A DNA stretch of 63,295 bases, the filler included, from Sphacelaria rigidula (Eukaryota), in NCBI GenBank assembly GCA_964200075.2. It is 4 parts of 4 records of this genome, joined end to end, with 100 filler letters (N's around TTAATTAATTAA, not from the genome) between each part and the next. Parts side by side here need not be neighbours in the genome. Positions count along the whole stretch, not along the records: positions 1 to 15,750 come from CAXNAA020001610.1; 3 more parts are not named here. The stretch is one strand, 5' to 3'. Shown here piece by piece: positions 1-12,805 of the stretch. Under the pieces are notes generated by a model. That model made no database searches and was not told the DNA's origin. It worked only from the letters and a program-made list of their open reading frames with translations. Numbering within the stretch: the stretch's first letter is position 1; every line of letters starts with the position of its first letter. Made by a program: the position numbers and the translations under genes.

Positions 1-72
1 TGACCCCGGCTGATGCACCCACATACACCGAAAGATGTAGACTGGTGCCCAGAATAAATGGGACGACAACAT

Positions 73-195
73 GGAAGAAACGTAATGAGCGCCGGAATGT
101 AGGAGGTGTCTTTACTAGGAGTAGGAACGGTGCTCCGTCTCGAAAGGGATGCGTGGTCAATGGTCGAACGACTAAGGCAAGCAACAAATGAGTAC
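73..195 (+). mobile_element. 3'-terminal fragment of a non-LTR retrotransposon (LINE) family
   Basis: The ~120 bp tail GGAAGAAACGTAATGAGCGCC...GGCAAGCAACAAATGAGTAC recurs at 15691-15750, 39447-39570 and 59851-59970; the last two copies end longer LINE-like remnants. Confidence 0.75.
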
Positions 196-1466
196 GACTC
201 CCGCACCGATCACGTAAGTACGCGATGATTATTCTGTTATAATATGTATATATACATGATACACAATTGTATTTGTCATCATCTTTTAAAAACGTTCTAC
301 GCTGCAGGAGAGTGTCCGTTGCAGACAAGAAAACAACCCGGATGGACAAAATGGATTCCATTTTCTTGAGAGACAAGCAAGGTGTCGAAATTATACCACC
401 CTGTTTTCTGCGGATTGCGTACAAACCTCAGAGCAGGAGCGAGATGACCCAACCTCAATCTCACAAGATTCGACTGACTCCCTCCATGTCAGCTGACCTG
501 CGTCATGAAACAGGCCACGTCATAAGGAGCATGTCATAGGTAATGGTGGGCAAACGGTTATCGGTAGGTACGTTGAAACATGAGGGTACCCGGTATAAAC
601 GCAAACCTGCTCCCAATATTGCAACGCCAAACGTCACCATCCGTCATTCCACCCTTTATTCCAAGCTTCTCCTTCACAACAACGTTCTCCGCATTCTGGA
701 GTTTTAACGAATTCCCGGAGAATCCCGCGCGTTTGTATTTACCCGAATTCATCCTGGAGTTTAGAACGCATATTCTACCCACAGGGATATCGTCTTTGAG
801 CTAGCCGAGCCGCTTTGTCGAAAGGTTTTTGTCCTGTCAATAGTGGGCTTTTATCGTGCAATTAGCAATTAGATATTGTCTCTTGGGTTTCGTTCCGATA
901 GTACGAAAATTAATACTACAGAGAACCTGGGACCGCCTAAAATCACCGTCGAAACAAACAGTGTCGGAAGCTGTTGCATGTTGACTTGACTCGCTCGAGG
1001 CAAGATACAAACTTAATTTCAGCGATGAAAGGTTGATTCTGATATGCAGGATGTCCATTTGACTATCTCTGCTGCTGCTGCTCGTGCGGCAAAAAACGGC
1101 GTTTGTGCTGGTGCGCTTCAGCGATGAACGTTCAAGTTGTGGAGATGGTTGAGGGTCATTTTCTGTTATTGTTTTTTGTTTGTCGTCTGGTGATTGGGCG
1201 TACCTGTTCCCCCTCGGAGCGCCCAATCGTGCGGGTGGCCGACCTTTTATTGGCCTGACTATTTTTCTGGTGTTCGTAATAATCGTTCTGATGAAAGACA
1301 GAATGCATACATAGAAAGAGGAGAGTCTGAGCCCGGCGAATCCTTGCCGCATGTATATACGTGTCATAGCTGCTATACTGCAGTCTAGGGTATAGAACAC
1401 CAATCTTCGCGGACACGGAGGGGGTGTGGATGCAGCCGTTGTACTGGTGGAACACTCGGCAAATAC

Positions 1467-1812
1467 AAACAACCGATCATCGAAATTGAGGATGAGAACC
1501 CGGAGGATGAAAATCTTTGTATCCACACCAAATCTTCGGAATATGGTCATTCCTTCACCTACCGGTAGTTATTGACAAGCACTACACGTCATCGGATCGC
1601 CGGAATTTCCCGGAATTGATTTTTCACGTAGGACCTCAACATTTCGGTTATCGGAATCATAACTTCTATAACGTGCAGCACTTGTCAACAGCTACCGGTA
1701 GGTGAAGGAATGACCATATTTCGAAGATTTGGTGTGGATACGAAGATTTTCATCCTCCAGATTCTCATCCTCAATGAAAAGCTCCATCCTCGATTTCGAT
1801 GATCAGCTGTTT
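1467..1812. repeat. Long inverted repeat / fold-back (core arms 1485-1592 and 1668-1775, 75-nt loop)
   Basis: The 108-bp arms are reverse complements with 10 mismatches by manual alignment; weaker pairing extends out to 1467 and 1812. Confidence 0.9.
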
Positions 1813-2492
1813 ACAGCTGCGAGTGCTATTTCAGGTGATACAAACGCCCCCCACAGCTTCGACCCGCCTGCTCAACCGTGAACATGGTCTGCTAAACTTG
1901 TCATACTCCATAAAAGTGTCATTTATGCACACTGTTGTCATATTCTAAATGATGAGAAGCCGCCGCGTCCCGGTGATCTGAATGAAAATTACACAACTGA
2001 CGCCATGAGGATGAATAGGACGCGGGTTGGATTCCTGCCAGATGCGTTCTTTTGTTCCGAGTATCTAATCCTTGTCGTTGAAGTTGTGAGGGCGTGAGAG
2101 GCGACAGTAGGTTTGTCAACTGAGTTCGTTTGACGAGAGTCGACGCCGCGCGGGAGTGCTCATCCAATCCGCGAGATCGAAATGCAAGGTATGTGCCGGG
2201 GAAGGATGGTTTGATCCCTTGAGATCACGGACTCGTCCTGAAGATGGGGAAGTGTGACTTAGAAACTAAATGTCATAATGTCGGAGGGACTGTCAGGTCG
2301 GATTCTTGGAGCAGAAAGACTTGGGCGCTCATTGAGTCAAAATCCGACCTCGGACTCAGTGTGGACCTTCGCCGCATCAAGACATCGTACACTTTTGTCT
2401 GCACTGTGCGTACCGTTTCTATCCCATATTTCAGTTTCCCTCGGCTATTTTTCTGAATAAAATGGCATGCGTGATACCGTGATGTGGTCATA

Positions 2493-3128
2493 CTTCCTCT
2501 GTCACATAAGTTAGGACCGAATTTTTCACAGACGTCCTTAACGGTCTCCGATGCTGTTTTCGTTTCTTTTATTGAATTCCTTGGCGTTTTTTAGTAAAAT
2601 GCAATGTTTGTTTTCAATTCGCATCACCCAACGTGGAGTAGCGGCCAGAAAAAAAGAAGTCGGCCCAAACAAGGGCGTTTTTTACCCCTTTTCCACGAAC
2701 GAAAAGTGCCGAAAAAAAAAACACGGGGAAAAAATAAATCGTTAATCATCCTCTCCATCACTCGTGCTTCATACCAGATAGTCCCAAGCCTTTGTGAAGG
2801 CCTCCTTGTCGTACTTTACTGTTCTTTCCAACGTTCCCGCCCTCTGCCGCGCGGATACCCCGGTGTGCTCTACACTAAAGTCTCGAAAAAATTCCAAAAC
2901 AAAATCTCAAAAACATTCTCGAATTATAGCCGAAATTGGCCAATTTTGGGGACTTTTTGGCCTATACTTTGAGATATAGTAAAATTGCAAATATATATAT
3001 ATATATATTTGCATCAGTTAGCTGTAAAAAATATCTTTCCGATGAAACTAATTATAGCATCGTAGGCGCCTCCGTTGAAAGATACGATCTGCGCCGAAAT
3101 TCGGTCCTAACTTATGTGAAAGAGGAAG
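2493..3128. mobile_element. Stowaway-like (Tc1/mariner-derived) MITE
   Basis: 32-bp terminal inverted repeats (CTTCCTCTGTCACATAAGTTAGGACCGAATTT ... AAATTCGGTCCTAACTTATGTGAAAGAGGAAG, 1 mismatch), TA on both sides (2491-2492, 3129-3130), AT-rich interior with no credible ORF. The TIR resembles the Stowaway CTCCCTCCGT type. Confidence 0.8.
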
Positions 3129-3593
3129 TATTGCATCTAACCATGCGCGTTTCACAGTATAGTACAGGTCGTCATGCAGGCCATTTCAAGGAAGATACAA
3201 AATGTATAATATTGTGCGTAGCACGACACTGCATGACATGATGTAACTGCTGTGCATACATACGTTACAGAAAATCCGGAGCACAGGGGATTACGCCTTT
3301 TGATCGCCCGGGTGAGTCATGTAGGTCCTACATTCCGTTTTCAAGTACAGAAAAGTGATTCCCAATCCACCTTTATAGCTCACCCTGGCGGTGAAGTTGT
3401 CAGCAAATACCGGGCATGCTGGACGAGACAAAAGCCTTTGTAAAAAGCGGTTGGACGATAGTTGCTTCCTGATTTCGGGGAGCTCTGTTACTATGTGATA
3501 TCAGGAGGCATTCGAATGGTGCTTTCCTCATGTTCTTTGTCGCTCTTCTGTTTCTTATTTCTGGAATACATATGTCGACCCGCCCGTGCGCAG

Positions 3594-6500
3594 GTGGGGG
3601 ACAATGAAAGCGTGGTACTTGCTTGCGCCGAGATCTCCCATTTCTTCTTCTCGGTGGGAATCATCTACTACCTTCTGGTGTTTTTTTCCATCCAGGTATG
3701 ACGGTGTGTGGGTGTCGTGATTCACCTCGGGTACAGCGAGCATTACACAGATCCCACAAAAAACAAACCGAGTCACTTTACTCTGTGGAACCCGGAACCT
3801 CTCAACATCGTGGAATGTTCTTCGAAGTCACGACGTGGCTCGTGTGTGCATGTGGCTCGGCTCATATTTCTCGCGATCTTTTTCCGCTTCATGACTCGTG
3901 TGAGTCGAGTCGGCCTCGTGAGCAGTTGATTGATTTTGATTGATTGTCGCATTTTAACTGACGCCCCAGAGATCCAGCCGTGGTCAAACGATTAACGTAC
4001 CCAAGATATAACAAAACTGAAACACTGGCTGAAAAATAAAAAACAAAAAAAATAGAACGGATGTGGAGACCATATATGTATGAGCGTAATGAGCACCAGA
4101 ATGCACATGGAGACCGGAAAAAATGTCACAGGAATGGGGTCCGCCAGTGACCTACATGAGCGACCTCCAAACGTTCAAACCTGTGGAACTGGATCTGCGG
4201 CAACTTAGGCAACGGGGTTTCCGATAGTAAAAGCTCGGAATAATAGAGCCACCGCATGAACCTTGGTTGATCGTTCGCCGTGTCACCGTACAGGCTCGGT
4301 CAGTTGTTCCTCTTGCCCATCATCGGTCACGGCCAAATCCTTGCCCAAGCGACAAGAGATAACATTACGCCTCGCTGTGGAGATCTTTCGGCAGCAGGGC
4401 ACGACAACGTTCTTCTTCGGAACCCGTAACTCTACTGCCTCACCCCTGGCGAAGCCTAGTTTACAGTGGCGTCGACGGTAGGAGAATAAGATGGTAGACT
4501 AAGACGTAAAAAAATAGTTTTGTAATGCTTTACCACGTCGGCCTTAGAAACCAAATCCGGATCTCCATACAGACTTGTACCTGGTGTTCACTCCACCCGA
4601 TTCCCCGGGGTAGAGGAGGGTACTTCTGTGCCGCGGCTCGCCGCAACGCGTTTTTTCTCCAATCGTGACCTCGGCAGACGGCGATGTGAGCAAAAACAAC
4701 GTACACTGGGGGCCTAACGGATTGAAATAGCCTCCCTTTGCTCGAGAGTTCGTGGTCTGCCTTCATTGGGGTTTGGGTTAACGTTCGCGTAAGCGTCAGA
4801 GTTAGCGTTCGAGATCGTACCTTCTACAAGGGATAAACGTGAAGGTACACGTTTTATGTGGCCTTCTCTCGGTGCCCCGTTCGTCTCCAACGTTTCTCAT
4901 TGCCCTTCCTGGCGGGCCATGGAAATACGGGAAAATGAAATTTCATTTTTCTTCATCTCAATCTCACTCTTTTCCACTTTTCAGCATTTCGCGCGAAAGC
5001 ATGCAGCGTATTTGCCGCATTATACTCAATACTGTCCAACCAGTTCGAACGTGGGGTCTCCGTGGTCATCCCAGGAACAGTCCTCGAACAAAAGTAGATT
5101 TTCCCAAGAGCGAAGTGTGTGTTTGTGTCTGTCTGTCTGTGCTGTCCGGCGTATGTCGGGTTGCCCATTATTTCTGTGTTTCTGCCGCCGCTGCCAGTAA
5201 TGACCGTCAGAGAGACAGTTGCGTCTTAACCGCTTGCTTGGATATTTCGTAGATTCTCACGCCATATACCTCACTGCTCCCCAATTTTTCCGTGTGTGTG
5301 TCTCTCTGCCTACATGTCCGTCCGTCCGTCTGTTTGTTTGTCTGTCTGTCTGTCTGTCGATCGGTCTGTCTGTTACAACGCTTTGCTGGTATGAATTCCC
5401 GACATGTGCCTGAACATTGCACCGGAACTACAACAGCAAAATTCTGCGGAGATTGTTGTTCATCCCAATGCCAGGCGCACCGTTGTCGACAGCAAGAACA
5501 GTGAAAACAAAGGTGAACCATCGCGGAAAAAGAACGTATTCTTTCCCGGATCGTTGCCGATCGAGTCTCAACTCCCGTTGCGCCGGGCGCCGAGAATCGG
5601 GACACCTCCTCCCGACGAGGCCGAACGCGACTTCGGCTGTCGCGGTAACGATCACTGTGACGGGATAAACGATGGCAGCATGGGGATGTCGGCCGGTGTC
5701 GTGTCTAGATGGGGCAGAATTCAAGCACCGATGATCATTCGCGCGAATGGACGCAGCGACATCGGAGACGAAACCAAAGGAGGCAGTGATGGTCGCGGAC
5801 ATGTCGGAACGCGTCGACATCGGCGGATGGAATCGCCCTCGTCGACGTTGGAAGAAGGGGGAAAAGGCAGAGAGGAATGGGAGGATAGCGGAGTCGAAAT
5901 TTCGCCAGCTCGAAGCCACGATGCAGGGTACAGTGCTCATGGGGACGTGAAGGCTTCCAGTGAGCAACATTTTGTGTCTGGTGGATCAGCGTGGCCAGCT
6001 CCTGTACCACTGCACTCCCCAGAGCAGCCATTAAATACAGGCGATGGCCCCGTCGACCCGGGATCCGCCACCTCGCCCTTGAGCGACCCTTCGCCCGAAA
6101 GGACATCGATTGCAATTTCCCAAGGTCCCATCACCGCCGCGTCCACCGCCGCGGCATCTACCGCCTCGACCGTGGGCTACCGCTCGTCCGGGAGGCCCTC
6201 GGTTGCTAATCACGGACGTCTTCCGCTTCAACGTAGGGTAGCTGCATCACCTGGAGCGGTTCAAGGGTGGTCCCGACGAGAAGAGTCCGACGACGTCGAG
6301 ACCGGGCGGACAGATAACAACAACAACGGCGGGTTCGCGAAGCGTGGTACTGTTTTTCCCGGAGGCAGTAGATCGCCGAGAGCCCTCGAAGGTGGGCGAT
6401 ACGATGGTGTGGACAACCCCAGTGGGAACGTCGAAGGAGCAAATACCACAGACAGCCATCATGCACTCCTTCCCGCGCAATCCCCAATGCCAAGTGGCCA

Positions 6501-7309
6501 GGAGCAGCAACCGCAGGCCGTGCTGAGCCCGGCGCTTCATCCAATTTATTTTCTGTTCATCGCGCCGCCATCGGCGGCTTCAATCTCGTGGTCGTCTATT
6601 TCGGGTAGTTTTGATCTTCTCGCGAGATCCCTGTATTTCGTGGCGGCGTGGCTATACGTATTCTTTGTATTCGGCAACTGGAACTTCCTGTGGACGGAGT
6701 CGTTCAGCGTGGCGTGGTGGGCCTACAGCTTCCCCTGTGAGTACTGTATGTGTTTCGTGTGTTTTTTCTGTCTGTGTGTGTCGTGCTGTTTGAAATTTGC
6801 ATGCATCATGTGCTGCTTCGCAACCGATCGCGACGTGCGCAACACAGCTGGGTGATCGGTTGTCGCACCTATTCAGAGATTCCCGAGAGCATGCAGCCAT
6901 CACAATAGCGGCGGGGCAGAAAGACGAGCGACTTCTCCGTACAGTATGCTATAGTACTACACGCGTACATTTCCCGCTGCAGCCCGATCGCGGACACTGT
7001 ACAATTGAAGTGTTGTGGCTCATGACCCTTCCCATCGTTTCATTCCCTCGTCTTTTGCCCCTCCCTCTCCCGTCCCGGAAAAAAACAATATATGCATTCG
7101 ATTCTGCTCATGGTACAGCGTCGACCTTTGCGCTAGCAACAATCATGTACGGCCAGGAGCTGGCCAGCGAGGGCGTCGCGCTGGGAGCGCTGGTTCTCGG
7201 GGTAGCTTCCACGACGACGGTGCTGTTCGTGCTTTGCATGACGATTAGAGCAGCGATTGAGGGCAAGCTCTTCGGCCCGGACCCCGTGCTGTCCGTTCGC
7301 TTGGTCTGA
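3594..7309 (+). CDS. SLAC1/SLAH (TehA/TDT family) anion channel, 5'-partial; exons 3594-3695, 5437-6736, 7119-7309
   Basis: Phase-compatible AG/GT junctions. The exons encode EISHFFFSVGIIYYLLVFFSIQ, LSPALHPIYFLFIAPPSAASISW, FSVAWWAYSFP|SSTFALATIMY and KLFGPD, matching the SLAC1/SLAH motifs LHPV.FLF.AAPS.AS.AW and FSL.WWAYTFP. Upstream exons were not found. Confidence 0.85.
5290..5372. repeat. Compound (GT)/(CCGT)/(GTCT)n microsatellite
   Basis: Direct reading; intronic. A smaller similar tract lies at ~5115-5140. Confidence 0.8.
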
Positions 7310-7741
7310 GGACGGCTGTTTGTCTCCCAGTGGACAAGTAGATACAGAAAGGCATCATCACGGCACCCTCTGACGAATCCTGCAGGGTCGGGGGGAAGAT
7401 TACTAATACATAGTATACCCCCCCGTTAATGGCACCCCTGGGTGACGATTCCTTGGCAATGTTTGGCACCGTGATGGTATCTAGAGTGCCCTACAGGGTT
7501 ACGTAGGAACTTCATCCCTTCTTCCGCCCCCCTCTCTCCCCCCCCCGACTCCGAAAAAGTTATCATCCGGAGCTTACGATCGTGCGGCAGTATGTCGACA
7601 ACCGCGATGTGAAAAACTCGTACATTCGGTGTTTGCCTGGGGACCTTCCAATGCATGCAGCACCTTTCGTAACGGTATCACCTCTACCGAGTTATGTATA
7701 ATTGTACAGAAGTCATGATGGACTGTTTTCTCCTTAGAGGC

Positions 7742-8195
7742 TGTAGCAACATACTGTGGGGATATGCGCTTTCTTCGTAGCAGCGAAGAGGGAGCCAGGG
7801 TGGCTCCTAACCCCTGTTACCAACCCTGCGCCCGACAGCAGTGTGTTTAGCTTAGGGGCGTGCGGCTTGATAGAGCCCTGCATGACTCCCGAGCTCTAGG
7901 CAAAGCCGGTAACTGTTTCGGAGGAGGAAAGTAGGATTGTCGTAAACCCATGAAAAGGCTATCTAAAGCTGAACCTAGCGCTAGCTCGGATCGGTGTCGT
8001 TGGCGAAAAGGGGGCTTTTGCGGAGGGGGGCTTATCGTTATCCATGGTTGCAAAGTACAATGTCAGGACTCATAGAGACAAACCTTAGAGCGGAGGGAAT
8101 TGGGGTGATTCGCAGCTGTTGACCTGGGTCTACTGGTCAACCTTGGAGTTAGTGAGACGACAGACCTTTCGGTAAGGTCAAATCTTCCGGTTACA
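7742..8195. mobile_element. Possible solo LTR
   Basis: Starts TGTAGC and ends GTTACA, with no credible ORF. The flanks GAGGC/AGGGC are only an imperfect target-site duplication, and there is no second copy in the window. Confidence 0.3.
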
Positions 8196-8584
8196 AGGGC
8201 GGCCGTTCGGGTTGGTAAGGCCGGCCTGTGGTATGATCAGGGACTGAAATCGCTGGTTGTTTATGAATACACAAGATGTGGCTGGCGGGTAGATATAGAT
8301 TATGGGTGATCGTGGACTCGTGTCTACAGTCGTTTACAGATAGCCGCCTCATAACTGTTATGGGCGTGCCTGAGCCCCCCAAATGAGCCAAAAAAAGTGT
8401 CAACGACCAAAAGCACGAACAGGCCGGAGATCCTGTTCATCCCCTGATTATGCACGCCGTGAAATCCCTCAAAGTACTTGTGATCTGAGTGGGATTTCCA
8501 CTCGACGTTGTCCCCCCTTTCGTCGTCCCGGACTACAAACCATGGCGTGCCTCGGCTACTCACCGGCGTGTATTTGTCCAAGCT

Positions 8585-8867
8585 TGTAGCCAAATGATAC
8601 CAAGCCGTAGGTTGCAGTATAACTGCATGCATGACTGGAGCAGTCGCAGGGGACAGGGGATGCTGGATTGATGGCCCTCATCTGTGTGGCCCCTTGCTGT
8701 CTGGCACTTGATTTGGTCTGTTGAGGATCACTCCGTGATAATAGCAAGGTAGAAGAAAGGACTTGTCGAGCACGAGGCCAGTGCTGCTGGAGGAATCCCT
8801 CGTGGATAGTCCTCTTGTCCAGATCGTCTGGCAGAGGCTACAATATCTAGATATTATTTTTCCGGCA
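8585..8867 (+). repeat. 5' LTR
   Basis: Direct repeat of 12806-13086 with TG...CA termini. Confidence 0.9.
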
Positions 8868-9032
8868 CTCTGGTAGAGGGAGTTTTGGCAGTTGGGCAGC
8901 AGCTTAGAGCCAGTTTAGCCCACAGACAGGAGGAGACCAGCTTGAAGTGCGCAACAGACGGGGACGCTCCGTGGGCTGGAGGACGCACAAGTCAGGCAAG
9001 AGTCTCTCCGAAGTGTTCGAAGCATAGACGAC

Positions 9033-10000
9033 ATGGCTCAAGCGGCGGCAGCGCCGCTGGTGTTCGGTGAGCCACTACAGCCGCCAAAGTATGGAGAAGT
9101 ATGGACAGAAGAGGCATTACGCGTTGTTTTCGCAAGATATCTTGAATACATACAGCGGTCGTGTCTAGCGAATTCAGAAGGAATTATACGGCATGAAAGA
9201 GTAAGCATAGAGCAACTCATTCCTGTCTATATTCACCGCTGCTTCGAAGACATGTACAAGGACGGTCGGGCTATGACCCTCGATGAGTTGCTTGATGCTG
9301 TGAAGCAGCATGCCGGGCATACTATAACCAGTGGAAAGCATGACGCTACGTGGGCTGCAGCAGACCTGCGTGGGGTACCTACGATGAAGCCAAATAGGGG
9401 GAAAACTGTATAGGATTGTGCTATGACGGTCAGCTCAGATATGGAACGGTTTTTTACAGAGAGCCTGATGGTGCAAGCCATGTACCGTGCGGAGGACAGG
9501 AGTTGGTTGCCTGGCCCGGCCGAGTCGGTTTCATAGCTTTGGTGGACGGGATTTCGCCCCCGGAATTCAAGGCGTATTTTAGAAGTGTACTAACGTATGT
9601 TGACGGCTGGAAAAAGAACCCGACGGTGGTGTTGAACATATTTGAGGCGGCCGACCGATGGAAGTTCATTGAAGCACATGGCCAGCGCGACTCTGCAACA
9701 AGTGCAGGTGGTATGCGCCGCAAACACCAACAGCAACAGAAACAGTAGCCGTCTTCGCGAGAGTCGTCCACTCGCGCGTGTTACAACTGCGGCGACAACA
9801 GATACCCGATCAAGGACTGCCCCGAGCCTCGCGCTCAAGGCGCGGCACAGGGCAATGCACGAGATTTTATCAGGATCTCGGGGCGGTTGTCACGGTGGAC
9901 GGGGCCGTGCCAACCAGGGACGTGGGCGCGGCGGCCGCGGTAGCAAGCAATCGGCGGCGGATGGTGGTACCTCCGCTGCTGCTTCTTCCACTACGTCATT
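9033..10000 (+). pseudogene. Gypsy gag remnant (stops and frameshifts)
   Basis: ORF pieces 9033-9413 and 9416-9748 resemble the gag at 61844 (KQHAGH vs KKHAGH; GWKKNP vs NWKADP). Degenerate zinc knuckle CYNCGDNRYPIKDC near 9778. Confidence 0.75.
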
Positions 10001-10219
10001 AGGTTGTGACTGTGGATCTTATGGTCCATCCGTAGCGGGGCGGACAGCGTACGTGGGAAATGCAAATACTTCGGTGGGGAGTGCTGGAGCGAATAGCTCG
10101 CAACCCCTTGGCCAGGCAGGATCCGTGTCGGTGAATTCCCTACTGCTGCGACGGCTGTAACAGCGCCGTCTGCATATTCGGCGACTTGGTCTGGGTGGAC
10201 CGATGATTCGCAGCTATCG

Positions 10220-12727
10220 ATGCCAAGTGCTGGAGGGCAGCCCTGGCGTCAGGTGACTCTTGGGACCGAACAGGGTTCTTCGGCAGGCGTGGTACCTGTC
10301 GATCGCAAAGCTGAATGCTTACGCGCAGATTTAGCCTTGCCTCGCTCTGTAGGTTCGTTCATGGCCCGCGTTATTCTGGATTCTGGGTCCGCGCTCACGT
10401 CGATCGGTGTGGGGTTGCTGGAATATATGTCTTCGCAGTTTGGCGGCACTCAGCTTAAGAATCCGTTCGAAAACGGACCGCAAACGGCGCAGACCGCCAC
10501 CGGTGCTCCCGTGACGGTTACACACAAAGCGGTGCCAATTACTGTTGGCGTGTGTACGCCGTGGGGGGCTGTGCAGTCGCAGCCCATTACATTCGCTGTC
10601 ATGTCCGGTAGGGACAACGTGGTTGTGTTTGGGATGGCGACAATGAAAGAGCGCTGTGTCGATCGGGGGTGGGAATGTTTCATTAACCCAGCAGAGGAGA
10701 GAGGTTCAAGAAAATATGCGCTCGAGGATAGTGTGCGGCAGACCGAGCAGAAGGGCCTGAGCGCCGATGACTCACATTGTCTGCACGATATTTTGCCTCG
10801 TCACGTTGATACATTTCGTCGTGCGCTGTGTGGTGATCCGCCAGCGCGCGTGGAGCCAATGAAGCAGGCTGTGAAGGCCAAGCCTCGCCGCTGCGATCCG
10901 ATGAAGACCGTGTGGCTTGCTTCATGCATCGCAGATTTGGTGGCATCCGTTTTGTTGGTTAGGAATCATCATGCTGTGTGGGCGAGTCCGGTGATGGCGG
11001 CGCCGAAGAGGGACACATTCCGTTTGGTCAGCGACTATCAGGGGTTGAACACGAAAGTGGGACAGTCTCCGGGGGTGATGTCAAGCCAAGGAGACATGCG
11101 GGAGTTGCTGGAAGCCCAACAACAATATCGGTATGTCAGTGAACACATTCCTGGAGAGCGCATTTTTTGGGGAGATTTGTTGTCTCGCTTGGTGAAGGTT
11201 CCTACCGTGCCTCTTCGTTCTGTTGCCGAGTGCAGCCCGTGTGATGCCGATGATTCGCTGCCCTCGTTGGATGTCATTCGTACCACGCAGCGCGAAACAG
11301 TCGGCGACGGTGTTCATTCTTTTCCAACGACTTTCGGTCAAGCTACTATGGCTGACGATGGTTTGTTTCTCGTGCGTGTTGGCAGTAGTGATGTTTTCCG
11401 GATTCCGTCGGGTGACAAGGCTCTACAAACTCGCTTGATGGTGTGCGCTCAAATGCGGTCGGCTGGTCACCGTTGTGTGGCGCCGACTCTGTTTCGTTTG
11501 AAAGAATACTGTGTGTGGCCTCACATGGATTCCCACGCTCGAGAGTTCGTTCGCCAGTGTTTGCATTCTGGAGACACTCGTGCTGGTGAGACTGTACCTC
11601 GCCCGTATGGCGATACTGTGCATGGTACTGCGCCAGGTGAAGTTGTTCACTTTGATTTTCTATACGTCGGAGTAGCGGACCTGAAAGTGCTAATGGTTTG
11701 CCTGAGGAGGATGGTTTTCGGTACGTTTTGGTTATCATGGATGAATTATCCAGTTTCGTTTGCTTGGAGCCGAGCGAGGCTTGCACCACCGAGGTTACGG
11801 CTAAGCACTTGCTCCTTTGGCGCAAGACTTTGGGGATACCGCGTGTTTGGGTTAGTGATACCGCCACGCACTTCAAGAATCGAGTGATCGCGCAGCTGAG
11901 CGATGCGCTCAAGGTACAACATCAATTTGCTGTTGCGTATACCCTTGGTCGAATGGTCCTTGTGAACGCATGGCAAAATAGGTTATTCGTGCGTTGCGGT
12001 CTATTTTGTCGGAACAGCGACGGCCGGTGTCTGAATGGGTTGATGTTTTGCCAGCCGCTCAGTGCGCGTTGGATACTTCTTTTCGTGAACGCTACCGCTA
12101 CACTCCGTATTGTGTGAGGTTTGGGCGTGCGCCGCGTACAGCGTGCGCCGCGCTGACTTATATTACTGGCGGCGAGTGGAACGTCGATTTCATTGACGCT
12201 GATTCGTTGCGTGACAAGGTTGAGGGCGTGGTTGACGAGCAAGTCCGGTTTTGTAACGAAGTGCAAGCTGCTGTCGCGATGTCTCGCGAAACCAAACGCA
12301 AGCTTACTCAGGGCCAGGCTGTGTTGCCCAAGTTTGCAGTTGGCGATTTCGTTTTGTATGGCCGTGTTCGGAGGCAAGGCGTGAGAACATTGTTTCTGGC
12401 GCCGTGCACTCGGCCCATGTCGCTCGTTTGCGTTTCTATGCTGACTCGCAGTTGCACATCACTGCGGAACTAAAATATGTATTTCAGCATTCGTATGCTC
12501 AAGGTGAATGTCGGGTGAATGCTTTGGTGCACGTCGCTGAGGGTGACAATGGTGATGCCATTGTTTTGGTCGATTGGGAAGGCCTTGGTGCTGAAGAACG
12601 TACGTGGGAGTCTCTTCGCAAGATTCATTCTTCTGCGCCTGAATTTGTTTTGAAGGAACTGGGTGAACTGCGGTCGACTCTGGCGCTGACCAGTAAATTA
12701 GCGTCGCAGTATGGTATTTCTTTGTGA
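10220..12727 (+). pseudogene. Gypsy pol remnant: aspartic protease, truncated RT/RNase H, integrase, chromodomain
   Basis: VILDSGS (protease); WASPVMAAPKRDTFRLVSDY (RT N-terminus) joined almost directly to YVSEHIPGERIFWGDLLSR (RNase H end); GHR...FVRQCLH (integrase Zn region); HFDFLY, YVLVIMDELS and VSDTATHFKN (integrase core, frameshifted); VLVDWEGLGAEERTWES (chromodomain). Confidence 0.9.
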
Positions 12728-12805
12728 TCTGGCGCATGCGGTGTCGCCTTGGTTTTTGTTGGTTGTCAAACTCGTTTGTTTGTCTTGAACTCGCTTTGGG
12801 GGTGC

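Noticed and set aside
837-1550. 237-aa minus-strand ORF
   Set aside because: No recognisable domain; it starts inside the inverted repeat and has no splice support.
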